From Lophium mytilinum (lineage: Eukaryota): a DNA stretch of 64,000 nt. Made by a program: the position numbers and the translations under genes. Where the stretch lies: positions 126,563-190,562 of the forward strand of contig MU004192.1 of assembly GCA_010093605.1 (NCBI GenBank). Direction: 5' to 3'. Numbering within the stretch: the stretch's first letter is position 1; each line of letters opens with the position of its first letter. Positions 1 to 11,599 of the stretch are shown one piece after another. Below the pieces are notes generated by a model that worked only from the letters and a program-made list of their open reading frames with translations, did no database searches and had not been told where the DNA came from.

Positions 1-350
1 ATATCAGACCTCGTGCTCCCATTGCTGAGCATCCATCGGCCATGAACCCGCTCGCGCTTTCGACCCCCCAAGACGACAAAAGTCCAGCTCTACTTTTTCT
101 GTCCGTTGCGCTGTTCGTATTCCTCCTCTGCTGCTCTGTTTTCATTGCCATAAAGCTGCACGCCCTCAAGAGCCAGACTTCACGGCACTCCTCTCCCGAC
201 ACGCTTCGAGCCGGGAATCCTCCGGGCTTCCCACCCACGTCAAGCCGCCGTTCGTCTGATAGCTGGACGGATACGTCGTCCTCAGTTGGTCAAGAAGCTG
301 CCTTATTTGACTAGGCCCGAAACGGCTAGTCTCCGCTCGCACGACCAATC

Positions 351-3317
351 ATGATCCTTCATTCCAGCCCTCACCAACTACAACCTCAACCTCTCCACCT
401 CGTCAAGCAAACGCCCGTGAGAGGATTCAGACGGCGGCCTACGTCTCGCAGACCATCAGACGCCCATTCGTATCCGCAAGAGGCATCTCAGTTCAGGCTA
501 GCCTCGTCTACTCGGGCTTCGCCAGCATTCTCAGTCCCATCCCCTATCAATGCATCCGGTGTGATTACGGCTACCAATCGTGGTACGTTCGGACTCGAAG
601 CACAAGATATAATCAGCCAAAAGCCTAGCGATACCCCGCTCAAGGTTCGCAAAGTACGGGGCCGTGGAGCATCTAGATCCGACTCGGCGCAAAGCATTGC
701 CAGCAACTCTTCTTACGCAAATCCTACTAATCCTATATCTTCTTACGCAACCCAAGAGCCCCATGCGGTAACTGTATGCAGGTCGATGCAGTCCCTCCCG
801 AGGTCCTCCAGTGTCTCCCTGGAGAACTCCGACCCCAGTTTGCACAGTCAAGCAGTACAATCTACCAGTACGCTTGGGGAACATTCAAACACAATATCTG
901 GTGGTCAGATCACTCCAAAGCAGACTACGAGTTCGCCAAGGATAACTCCAAAAAGACGCACGTCAACGAAAAGAAGAGTCCTTACGAGAATGCTTGGAGG
1001 CTTTCAGACAAAGTCGAAAACTCCACCTCGGCAACGCAGCGGTCAATCTGAGAGCAGTCTTTCTCGTAGGCTTTCGGGCAAAAGCGAATCCACTGACACG
1101 AGCTGTTCCAAGAGCCCCACTACCGTTGCTCAATCCACCAGTACACTGATAACCAACCAGTCGAGTTACAATCTACTCGAGAGGTATTTCCTCTCCCCAG
1201 CACACAGCTATGCTAGGGAATCACACTGTGAAAGGATTCTACCGACAGTGACTAGTTTCTAGTCTTTATTCTTACTACAGCAACACATTCTTTGCTACGG
1301 AATTATGTTAACATCACTTTCAGTCCGCGAACACCAAAAAGCGACCGTGTTACTTCCGCACCTCCGCCTTCGCCTTCAACTCCAAGCGATGTCGGATTGT
1401 CAAATGCTGGCAATGCCCATTCGCAATCCGTCCCTCCTTTCAACAAGCCTGAATACCCACCTCTACTGAACTTGGAGCTGAGCTTCATCGCCGAGGTAGA
1501 GAGCCTTGATTGCAAAACGGAGAAAACTATATGGGTAGCCATAGAAGGGAAGGGAGCAGCTGAGCCTCCTATATCTGGGGCTAGGAAAAGGCTACTCGGA
1601 CTCGATGTTGTCATAGTTATCGACAATTCGTAAGTTAGATTATTCTCTCCGAGCCATGCCTTGCGTGAGAAATATCGCCAACATCTGCAGTCATACTTCC
1701 TCTCAAGACTGTCTCGACAACGCACACAAAAATGTCATCGTTCTGGCAGAGCTATTGAATCGTCCCAACGATCGACTCGCGGTATTTTGCACGCATTGCC
1801 AGCACCGGGTCCAGGATTCAGAAAGTCTCACCGGATGCCACCTGCACCCTCTCCAGGAGCCGTGCGTGCAAGCTTTGAGAGAGGAGCTACAGTCCATCAA
1901 AGACCGTCCGATACGGCCCTTCAGACGTTCCCCGCCACTTGACGAGATTGTCGGTGCTGCTATACGAGTTCTCGCTCAGTCGGCTAGCTCGAGAATGGAA
2001 TCATTGCGGGACGGCGCAACTCATGTTTTCGTGTTCTCTGCTGCACCTGCAGAGTGCTTCCGCATAATCCCGGACTTTCCATATGTCCACATTCACCTTG
2101 TTAACCCGAGCTCGATTCCATTCCCCTATCAGCAAGCGTCACGAGGAGCCTGGATAGTGCCAACGCTTATCACCGAACTAGTCAATTGGAGCACCTTGAA
2201 TTTGGACACATACGAGGACGTTTCAGATCGGCTGCGACAGACTGTTCTCCATGCAAGGCACGGTGCTATTGTAGGCAATATGACAGACATCAAACTCAAG
2301 ATGACACAAAAGCCAGGGTGCCGTATCGACGGCGTGGTCGGAGAATTGTCCAAGACATTCCTTAGACATGATCAAAGGTTTGCCTTGGTTGCTCGCCTGA
2401 GGGTGGTTATGGCGTCGACGGGGATACCAGTACCTCAGACTTCACCCGACTCAAAAGAAACAGCACAGTCTAGGCTTGAGGATGCCATGGCTGAGCTAGA
2501 AACGTGTCTTGGAGAGGTTGAGGTGCCCCTTTTCACCGTCCAAGCCACCTATCGGCACTCTCTCTTGCCAGACCACAGCTCCATAGTCACAGAACAAACT
2601 TACAAGATCCTCAAGACCGATAGCACCGCTCTTTGGGGTTTGCCAACTCCTGCTACTATCTCACCGCACACCGATTTCGCGAAGACGGAACTTTACAAGC
2701 GTCTAGCATTCTTCATAGCAACTAGGAGTACACCGGAAGAAGCGCTTCAAGAGTTGGACGCCTTCTTCAGACCCATTCATCGTGGTGCTGCTTGTCCGGA
2801 GTTTGTCAGCGCTGTTCGCAACGAGCTCCATCACCAGCTCTTGGCCATTGAGTATTGCGCAAACACCGCATCGCCGACGAAGCTGTCCTCCACCACGTTA
2901 GAAAATCCTTTCCCCTGCCTCGGTCGCTTCTCTTTCGAGGCAAACGAAAGACAGCAAACTTTCGCGCTCGGCCTAGAGCTCTCCCGGGGTCGCTCTGCCT
3001 CGGACTCTCCAGCAACGGTTATTCACCAGCGTACCACAGAGCGCATCACCGAACACACCGAGCCGGATTCCTCCGTGGACGAGGCGGCGCAAATTTGGAG
3101 GCATATGCGCAGAGACTCAAAGAGCCGCCGTCGGCCGCCGAATGGGTCGCATGAGAGTCTGGAACGAATACAGTCTACGGATGATCATCTGAGGGAGCTG
3201 AGGAAAAGAGCGATCCAGAATAAGAGGAGTATTGGCGCGGATACGCTGAGGAGCCTGAGTTTGGCGTTGACGATTCCAACGACACCGGAGAGTGGGGGAT
3301 CTGCACCTTGGCTTTGA
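351..3317 (+). CDS. Spliced hypothetical protein: Ser/Thr-rich disordered N-terminus followed by a vWA-like domain
   Basis: ORFs 351-1262, 1292-1633 and 1656-3317 lie on one strand. Intron 1630-1690 (GTAAGT..CTGCAG) joins 'LDVVIVIDNS' to 'HTSSQDCL' in frame. 'LDVVIVIDNS' and 'DRLAVF' resemble vWA beta strands. The first intron (acceptor CTACAG at 1280) could not be resolved exactly. Confidence 0.65.
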
Positions 3318-3871
3318 GAGGAGGATAATATAGGTGTCAGCATCGCATGTCCCTATCCCAACGACTCTAGGCGTATCGGGTGGTTCTCTCGGAGAGACAT
3401 AAGGCTTAGGCCTTCATCGTTGTGGAAAACATAGGTAAGCATTATTTCCCTATTGCTTTGCCAAAAGGTCTTCGCGGGGAGGAGCTGTGACAAGCGGGTG
3501 GTATACCACAGCATATAGAAAGACACGGCATCACGTGTTGTCATAAAGCCCCCTCCATACTATCAATTGGCTCAAGAAGGGTACATCCCTACCCTCAATA
3601 CACATTTTGTTCAGCAGGCTTCTTCCCGCCATCATCATATGACGGCTTCCTCCAGTTCTGTTTGCGCTGCACTGAACGTGTGTGAGCGTTCCAAATGCTA
3701 CGAGCCACTTCCTCCACACTACTTGTGTCTAACAATCTACAACAAGCGGTTTGAGCTGTACAAACCGCCAATCAATCCCTCTTAAAAACACGGTCTGCTC
3801 TCACCGTTGCTGAGTCACACTCTTCCCATCCCATTCAGTTCCTTGACCCTTACCCTAAGAGATCACGCACA

Positions 3872-5167
3872 ATGTCGACCGGCTCCTTTAATTTCCCGAG
3901 TGACAAATCGAAACCTGATCCCCCTACCAAGGGCTCCGGGACTCCCAAACCGGAGCGTACAACACCAGCGAACGAGCCTCCCGCTCCCTCCCCCCAAGTC
4001 GGCAGAGAAGCGACGCCGCACAACGATGTGAAGTTTGCACCGAACGATGCCGAGGCGGAGGCGCCCAACACCCCGAATGACGCTCTGCAGTCTGTTGTCG
4101 ACCGAGCTGCAACGCCGCATCCGAGTAAGCACAAGAAGTCGCCGCCTTCAGCGGAAAAGGAGCGGATGCAGAAAGTGGTTCGGAGGGATTCTCCAAGCCC
4201 GGAAGCTAGCGTGAAGGCTGAGGCGGCGGGAGAGGATCCGTTTGTTGATAAGAAGGAGGATGTAGAGCCGCAGATCATGAAGGTTGATCTGAAGGCCCTA
4301 AAAGTTCGCCTGCAACCCACAATTGACCAGATTTACGCCCTGAAACCCGAGCTGTTTTCTGACGGCTATGCTCAATTGCTAGGGGATGTTATCAGGCAAC
4401 ATTGTCCAGATCTTGGTCTGACACAAGAGGAGAGCATCGACACCGGCCGAGCCTTGCACTGGTATATCGACCGTGGATCGCAGAACCAGCCAGCCACAAC
4501 ACCAGCTCCTGTGCTCCCACTCCAAGGGGGTGGAGTGACTGAGACGGGTCGCAGGATTGCAGCCTCATCCCGGGAGAGTCTGACGCCGTTCGTTGGTGGA
4601 ACACGTCCGGCAACGTCTCCTGCCCCAGCCTCACCTGCACCACGCTCGACACCTCCATCCGTTCTTCTGGGTCCTGTGCCTGTTTCGGGAAATCCTATCT
4701 TCGGAGCTCCTACCAGCACTTCGCAGCAACCGTCCGATGACAACGCAGCAACCCGTCTTCTAAAGAGTTTCACGGAGCCTAGGCCCTCTCCCGCTTCTGG
4801 TAGGGACCGCCCACGTGGATCTGCAACTGCTGGCAGACCGGTTCCTGTTGTGCGTCCTAGTTCGAGGAGGTCTGGTACGAGTACTAGGACAGCCGCAGTG
4901 AGCCATCGAAGGATGTCAGAATGGGGTGATGCTGCTCTGTTGCCGCCCGTGAGGACGGGGAGTCGGCCGGGGTCTGAGGCTAGGACAAGTTCTGGGATAA
5001 CCGCGGGTGCTTTAGGCACGCCGAGCGCAAGTGGGAGCATCAAGGTAGAGAATACGGAAGACGAGGCTGCTTCGAAGTCAGCAGGGGCGGAAGGCACAGA
5101 CGTGAAGGTGAAGAAGGAGAACTCTCCTGAAATCAAGAAAGAGGATGTTGATGGGAAGGGGGTTTAA
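3872..5167 (+). CDS. Hypothetical low-complexity protein (431 aa, Pro/Ser/Thr/Glu-rich, short central helical region)
   Basis: Long intronless ATG-initiated ORF in a good context (CACAATG). No recognised domain. Confidence 0.6.
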   Translation: MSTGSFNFPSDKSKPDPPTKGSGTPKPERTTPANEPPAPSPQVGREATPHNDVKFAPNDAEAEAPNTPNDALQSVVDRAATPHPSKHKKSPPSAEKERMQKVVRRDSPSPEASVKAEAAGEDPFVDKKEDVEPQIMKVDLKALKVRLQPTIDQIYALKPELFSDGYAQLLGDVIRQHCPDLGLTQEESIDTGRALHWYIDRGSQNQPATTPAPVLPLQGGGVTETGRRIAASSRESLTPFVGGTRPATSPAPASPAPRSTPPSVLLGPVPVSGNPIFGAPTSTSQQPSDDNAATRLLKSFTEPRPSPASGRDRPRGSATAGRPVPVVRPSSRRSGTSTRTAAVSHRRMSEWGDAALLPPVRTGSRPGSEARTSSGITAGALGTPSASGSIKVENTEDEAASKSAGAEGTDVKVKKENSPEIKKEDVDGKGV

Positions 5168-5488
5168 GGGGCCGATGCTACGACGTAGAAGGAAAGACGC
5201 CGGCACAATCCTGCAATGCTTGTAGTTTGACATAGTTTTAGAATCATGGGAATCTCTCTTGATTGACTACGCCGCGTGAACGCTTTTGAATTGTCACCAG
5301 ATGATTTTGTAGGTGAATGATAGTAGTAGCAAGCTAACCTCTGAATCGAGACGTGCAAGCTGTGGCCTTCTTCGGTTTTAGATAGTCGTCCGCTCGGTCA
5401 AATTCCGAATTAACTTTGACTTCATCTTGATTAGTGTCACCCTTCCAATCAGTCTAGTGTAGTCATTTGGGCGAACTTATCTCTTGCG

Positions 5489-6625
5489 ATGCCCAGCAAC
5501 ACTCCCCCAAAAGGAAAAGGCAAGCGGCCCCAGCTTACTGAAGATCAGGGAAAAAGCCCACCGACTGCAAGCGGGAGTGGACAAGCAGAAGGGTCGCCAT
5601 CAAGGCATACGAGTCAGCCACGAAGGAGAGCCACGATCGCAGAGCAACAAACGAACCCATCAACTCCGACCGGAAGCGCACAATCGAGGGGACCACAATC
5701 AGCGCGTACGAGCGAGCTAAAGGCCATACTCCAGGAGCCGATACATTACGAACTACGAGAGAGACTTCGAAATAACAAGGGAATGCTGGTAGGCTACCTT
5801 GTGTCGTTGGACTTCGAGGTAGATTCCCAAGAGGCGGTCGATTTCATGAGAGACCTCAGGATTGGGTCTGGCATCCCGCCCGCGGAGGCCGAAGCGGATG
5901 CTAGGTACGATTTTAGGTTGTTGCACCCTATGTGGGTGACGACCATAGATCGCGCTTTTACTCGGGAACGATTGAGCGCAACATTAACAGGCCATAGCAC
6001 CGGAGTCCCTCTTTCACATGTAGATGCTCTGCCAGAAGCTCGCCCTGCTCGATTGACGCCGTCAGCTCCCCCAACATCGTCACCGGCGCGTCGTGGAGGA
6101 AGAGCAACGTGGACGGGCCATGGTCCCGGGCACCGTTCGCTTCTTCGACACGGGTTAGGTGATCCGACCGGGAGTATAATAGCACCCCCGACACATGCTG
6201 AAAGGCAACCAAGACTTTCTCCAAGACTGGAACCTGCTAGAAGGCCAGCAAGACACCAAGATGCCCAGCGCCAGATCGACACACATATCGACAACGCAAC
6301 TGAAGGAGAGACAAATGAAGAGAATAGGGAGGGCGAGGGCTTTGACATTCTACGCTTCTTAAACTCAGCTCAAGCTTATTTGGATTCGGTCGAAGGCCGG
6401 ACCCAGGGATCGGAATCAGGACCCCTCTCCGCTGCGCCACCAGCACTTGATAGCGCGGGAACAACGAAAGAGCGATCGAGAAACAGTGAGGAGGCGTCTT
6501 TTCAGCGATTTTTGGCCTCGGTACAACCTTATCTGGCTTTAAAGGCATCGGCAGACCAGGCGCAGGAGGAGGGATCGCGTCATCATGAGAGCGAGGAGCT
6601 AGAGGACATAGAGGACGCCTACTGA
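5489..6625 (+). CDS. Hypothetical low-complexity protein (378 aa)
   Basis: Long intronless ATG ORF. No recognised domain. Confidence 0.6.
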   Translation: MPSNTPPKGKGKRPQLTEDQGKSPPTASGSGQAEGSPSRHTSQPRRRATIAEQQTNPSTPTGSAQSRGPQSARTSELKAILQEPIHYELRERLRNNKGMLVGYLVSLDFEVDSQEAVDFMRDLRIGSGIPPAEAEADARYDFRLLHPMWVTTIDRAFTRERLSATLTGHSTGVPLSHVDALPEARPARLTPSAPPTSSPARRGGRATWTGHGPGHRSLLRHGLGDPTGSIIAPPTHAERQPRLSPRLEPARRPARHQDAQRQIDTHIDNATEGETNEENREGEGFDILRFLNSAQAYLDSVEGRTQGSESGPLSAAPPALDSAGTTKERSRNSEEASFQRFLASVQPYLALKASADQAQEEGSRHHESEELEDIEDAY

Positions 6626-7439
6626 GGTAGTTTGGGAGCAGTAAAGGGAGGAAATACGGATGTAATGGGCAAAGATTAAGAGATCTCGATATGGCAATGG
6701 AATTGAACGCTGTGGGATATCGCGCTGGCTTCAGGCTAGTGAATGTTGAAACGGTGAATGAAATGAAAGGAAGAAGCTACTAAAACACTGTTTGTGCCCT
6801 ACCTTTGCTATCTAGAACTGAGGGCGGTATTCACCGTTTTGCTACTAAAGAGGTTAGAATTAAAGGAGAGTCAAGAAGAGGAGAAGGATTTCGGCAAGAG
6901 AATTTGGATAGAAGTACTTAGACGCCCGAACTAGAGCGTGGTCCCTGAGGACATTCTCATCCGACGTTTGAAATGGAGCATGAAGTAGACGGGACGATGT
7001 TGAGACCGATGGAGTCGGCATCCAGAGCATCGGGCCGACTGAGCTCTTGGCACTGGGGCCTCTCCCGAAGACATTCCGTTCACTATACACTCCTCTGTTA
7101 CTTCTCCAATAACTATCCCGACACTCCCACTTGATCAAATCTACCTCCTTGGATCTACTCACAACATACAAACTCTACTCATTATTCCCTCGCCTTCTCT
7201 CGCCTTCCCTGCATCCACCACCTCGAATCTCCTCATTGGCACGAGAACCCCGCCGCCACCTGCACTTCACCACTTCGGGACCTATAAAGCTTCGCCCGAC
7301 TTCCTCCTCCAAACATACACACCGGGTCCCCCTCTTTTCACACCACTACAATACAACACCTTCAACACAGCACCCAACCTAGGCATACGGCCACCGATTC
7401 GAGGCAAGCTTCGCATACAAACAAACACAAGCGTGGAGG

Positions 7440-8140
7440 ATGGCAAGCTCGTCAGCAGCCGCTGGGCTGCTTGGCCGGCAGCTGAAGCAGATGCAGGGGG
7501 ACAAGGATATTCCAGGCATCAGCTGTGGATTGGTGGACAGCAACGTCTTTGAATGGGAAGTCATGCTCATGATCAACGATGAGTGCAAGTTCTACGGAGG
7601 TGTGTGTTTATACCTGTCCTATCAACCGAGCTCAGGATTTTGCCCGAAGCAACGAGAGGACTAGAGGCTTGTACTTTGGGCCCGAAAGTTCCAAGACTGA
7701 CGATTGCAATAGGAGGATTCTTCCGCGCTCGCCTGACCTTCCCCAAGGAATACCCGCTCCTGCCCCCAAAGATGAAGTTCGAGACACCAATCTTCCACCC
7801 CAATAGTACGTCTGTCACTCTCCTTAGACATCTTAGACATCTCGGCGTCGCACTGTACTGACGCATCTCTTACTCGCTAGTCTACAAATCTGGCGAAGTG
7901 TGCATCAGTATCCTGCACCCACCCGAAGAAGACAAGTACGGCTACGAGTCGGCTGCTGAACGATGGTCCCCAGTCCAGACCCCGGAATCCATCCTACTTT
8001 CCGTCATCAGCATGCTCTCGTCACCCAATGACGAGAGCCCAGCGAACGTCGAGGCTGCGACATTGTGGAGAGACGATCCGAAGGAGTTCAAGAAGCGTGT
8101 GAGGAAGTGTGTGAGGGATAGCTTGGAAGAGGGCATGTAG
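7440..8140 (+). CDS. Ubiquitin-conjugating enzyme E2, UBE2G/Ubc7-like family
   Basis: Exons 7440-7599, 7713-7805 and 7881-8140 give '...[56 protein letters not shown]...', with the HPN motif, catalytic Cys and the acidic loop insert of the UBE2G/Cdc34 group. Confidence 0.95.
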
Positions 8141-8879
8141 GAGAGCTACGGAAGCGGAGATGTCGAGTCTTCGAACTCAGATATACGAGGCTCTATGATG
8201 GCTGTTAATAGGCACTTTCGGGCAACGACTTAATGACATGACGATGTCAGGCCCATGTTCACGACCTTTGGGAGTTTAAGACTGCATTCTACGACCCGAA
8301 TTTCGGTTATCTTTAGCCTTGCATTGCTTTAGGTTTGCATGGCTTGGTTCGTGACACTGGATTACTGGTATTTGGGATACACATCTCCAGATAGGGAGAA
8401 CACCAATAGGCCGAATTGCAATAAAGTATTCTGGTAATTCTTTTCTTGCACTACGGGAGTTCTGAGGCGAGATTTCAAGTACCAGGCTTACTTAACAGTC
8501 AAGACCGAACAAGCAAGTCCAGTAGCTACTAACAATAGTTGAATCTATCTTTGCAGGTAATGTTAAGAGGGCCTATCGACCCAGAAGCCACAAGAGCTCC
8601 CTATCTTTGACCAACATACAACCACAACCATTCAAATAGGCGTCCCGCTACACAGGTTTCAGCCTGAACTATTCCTATCCCAAAGCGGGGCAGCCACCCC
8701 GCAGCATCCTCTTCCGGTACTCTATCCGGCCTTCGATCTCCCCATCATCCCGCTTTTCTTGGCCGATATAAAAGTACCCTGCACCCATTTTTATGTGCAC
8801 TGCAAATCCCAAAACTCAACACTGTCAAGCAATTTTCATAGCTTGCTACAGAACCTGTTCTCATATTGAAACTTCAGAC

Positions 8880-10233
8880 ATGGCCTCCATGCCCACAGAC
8901 CTCCCGAAGATGGAGTACCGGTTCCTGGGACGTTCCGGGCTGCAGGTGTCCGCAATCTCCCTCGGGGGATGGCTCACATATGGTGGACATGTGGACGAGG
9001 GTACGTGCAACATCTCGTTCGTTACTATTTCTTATGATCACGTGATCATAGTCTGCATTCGTTGAACTGATTTGTATATCTGCAGATGGAACGTACGCAT
9101 GTCTAAAAGCAGCCTATGACGCCGGGATCAACTTCTTCGACTGCGCGGAAGGCTATCAGGATGGTGAGAGCGAGAGGGTAATGGGAGGAGCGATCAAGAA
9201 ATTTGGATGGAAGCGGAATGATATAGTCGTCTCAACTAAGGTGAGTGGCATGAAGGCCTCTAAAGAGTGATTCAAATTCCATTATTCACTCTGTTTGATC
9301 GAAAACTCTACGCGGGTAAATGCTCTCGTTACATGTTCAGAAGTATCTCGATACCAAGTTTCAAGACTGTATTCCTAGATTACATCTCTGTTCACCAAGC
9401 CCCATCGACTATATCCAACAATCTACAACTAAGACCATGAAAAAACCCACCCCTAACACCCCCAGATCTACTGGGGCGCCGCCCACGGCACCAACCCCGT
9501 GAACAATACCGGCCTCTCCCGCAAACACATCATCGAAGGCCTCGCCTCCTCCCTCATCCGCCTGCAACTCCCCTACGTCGACCTCGTCTACGCCCACCGC
9601 CCGGACCGCCACACCCCGATCGAAGAAACCGTGCGGGCCTTCAACCACCTCATCACCACCGGCCAGGCCCTCTACTGGGGCACCTCGGAATGGCGCGCCG
9701 ACGAAATCGCCCGCGCGCACGGCGTCGCCGAGCGCTTGGGCCTCATCGCGCCGCTCATGGAGCAGCCGCAGTACAACATGCTGGTGCGGCAGCGCGTGGA
9801 GAGCGAGTACGAGCTTTTGATCAAGGAGCACGGGATGGGGATCACGAGCTTCTCGCCGCTGAAGGCGGGAGCGCTGACGGGGAAGTATTTGGATGGGATC
9901 CCGGCGGATAGCAGGCTCGGGGCTAGTAAGGATAAGTGGGCGAAGGGGGTGAGGGAGGGAGAGGGGAGCGAGAAGTGGGTGAAGGAAATGGATGTTGTAA
10001 GGAAGTTAGGGCCGGTGGCGGAGAAGCTGGGGACGGATCGGGCGGGGTTGGCGCTGGCGTGGGTGTTGAAGAATGACGCGATATCGAGCGCCATTACGGG
10101 GGCGTCGAGGCCCGAGCAGGTCTGGCGGAGTGTGAGGGCGTTGGAGGTGGTGGGGAAATTGACGGAGGAGGTTGTTGAGGAGATTGAGGGGATTCTGGGC
10201 AATAAGCCGGAGGCGATTGTGATGAGGTTTTAA
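8880..10233 (+). CDS. Aldo-keto reductase, Kv-beta subunit-like (AKR6)
   Basis: Exons 8880-9000, 9086-9240 and 9466-10233. Motifs: 'MEYRFLGRSGLQVSAISLGGWLTYG', 'GINFFDCAEGY', 'GLSRKHIIEG', 'YWGTSEW', 'EQPQYNML'. Confidence 0.93.
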
Positions 10234-11599
10234 CCAGTGAAGGAGGTGAGGCTGGCTGTCATAGACCCATTTCTGGTCATAGATGACAGTATGGCTGCTC
10301 GAGCAATTAAGAGGTATTTGACCTTGACTTTCGCTCTTTAAAGCTAAGATATAAGGCACTACCCGCTGTCCAGGTCGTTCAGATGGCTCTTCTATCTTAA
10401 CTTTTCGAGCTCCGGGAAACGACTAAGAAAGCTCGCCCGCGCCTATCTAAACCCTTTTTCACGCGGCTAGATTCGTGACTCTTTCGAATTCTTGCCTCCA
10501 GCGAGGCCACCGACGACGTGCTACACCCCGCACCCTCCGTAGTCAAAACAAGTACAAAGCGTCCCAGGTCTTAATACGCAATTTATTTTAGGAGACACGC
10601 GGGGGTACGCCGTATAACACACTTCGTAGTCACTTTCCACCCTTTTCTCGGTACTTCTAATTCAGCTTTGGGTAAGACAATCGTTGTGTACTCGCAATAA
10701 GCTCCGGGGACGGCTTAGCCTTAGGGTTTGGGTGGTCGGTTGGAAGTTGCCACAATCTAACCGCGTAGATGGGTTTTTAGAAGGCGCGGAGGGATTGCTT
10801 TTAACACTTTTCTGATGCCCACGAATCCGGCCGTGGGAAGCAGAATCGTTGCCTATAGGATCTAGGTTCTTAGAGTGCTTCAGGCTAAGTGTTTCAGGCC
10901 TGAGTTGCAAGCCGCCACGGATCTGACCGTGTAGATGGATTCTTAGGAGACGTAAAGAGGGACGCGGCGTGGTTACTTCTAACCCTTCTATCATCGCCTG
11001 TACTGCTTCTACATTCTCCTGGATAGGAAGAACCTGCGAGGTATGGCTCGTTTCACGAGGCGTGAGATCGAAATAGAGGCATTTGCTGAACGTCGGAACG
11101 TATAATCACCATCTCTGCTTTTTACTGCTTGTCTTCGATCGTTCTTCTCACTGACAATCTCCATTTCCTCCTAACTATGGCAAACTGATTGTTTCCTGAT
11201 ACTACTAGAAAGCCTTGGGAATAGATAATAAACACCAGCACCATCATTCTACTAAGAAACGACCTCCCATGACTACCTAGAGTACCACTATTGATCCAGC
11301 CCAGGCCCGAGCAGCCATGAACACGCTTTTGCGCCCTTTTGCTCACGGACAACCTATTGTAGGAATTGAGACAAAAATCTGATCCTGCTCCATGTTAACG
11401 AACTGAAAGCTACCAGAAGAAGCTTTTATACTCGTGAGGACGCAGGCCTGGGGCGGAAACAACAAAATATTATTCAGCAAGTCTCTTAGTCACGTGGATA
11501 TTACTATCAAATTACCTTAATTCAAGCTCTCCACAACATCCTGTACAGGTCTTCCAGCAGCACCTACCCAGCCTAAACGAAGAAGCTCAGACTCTATAC

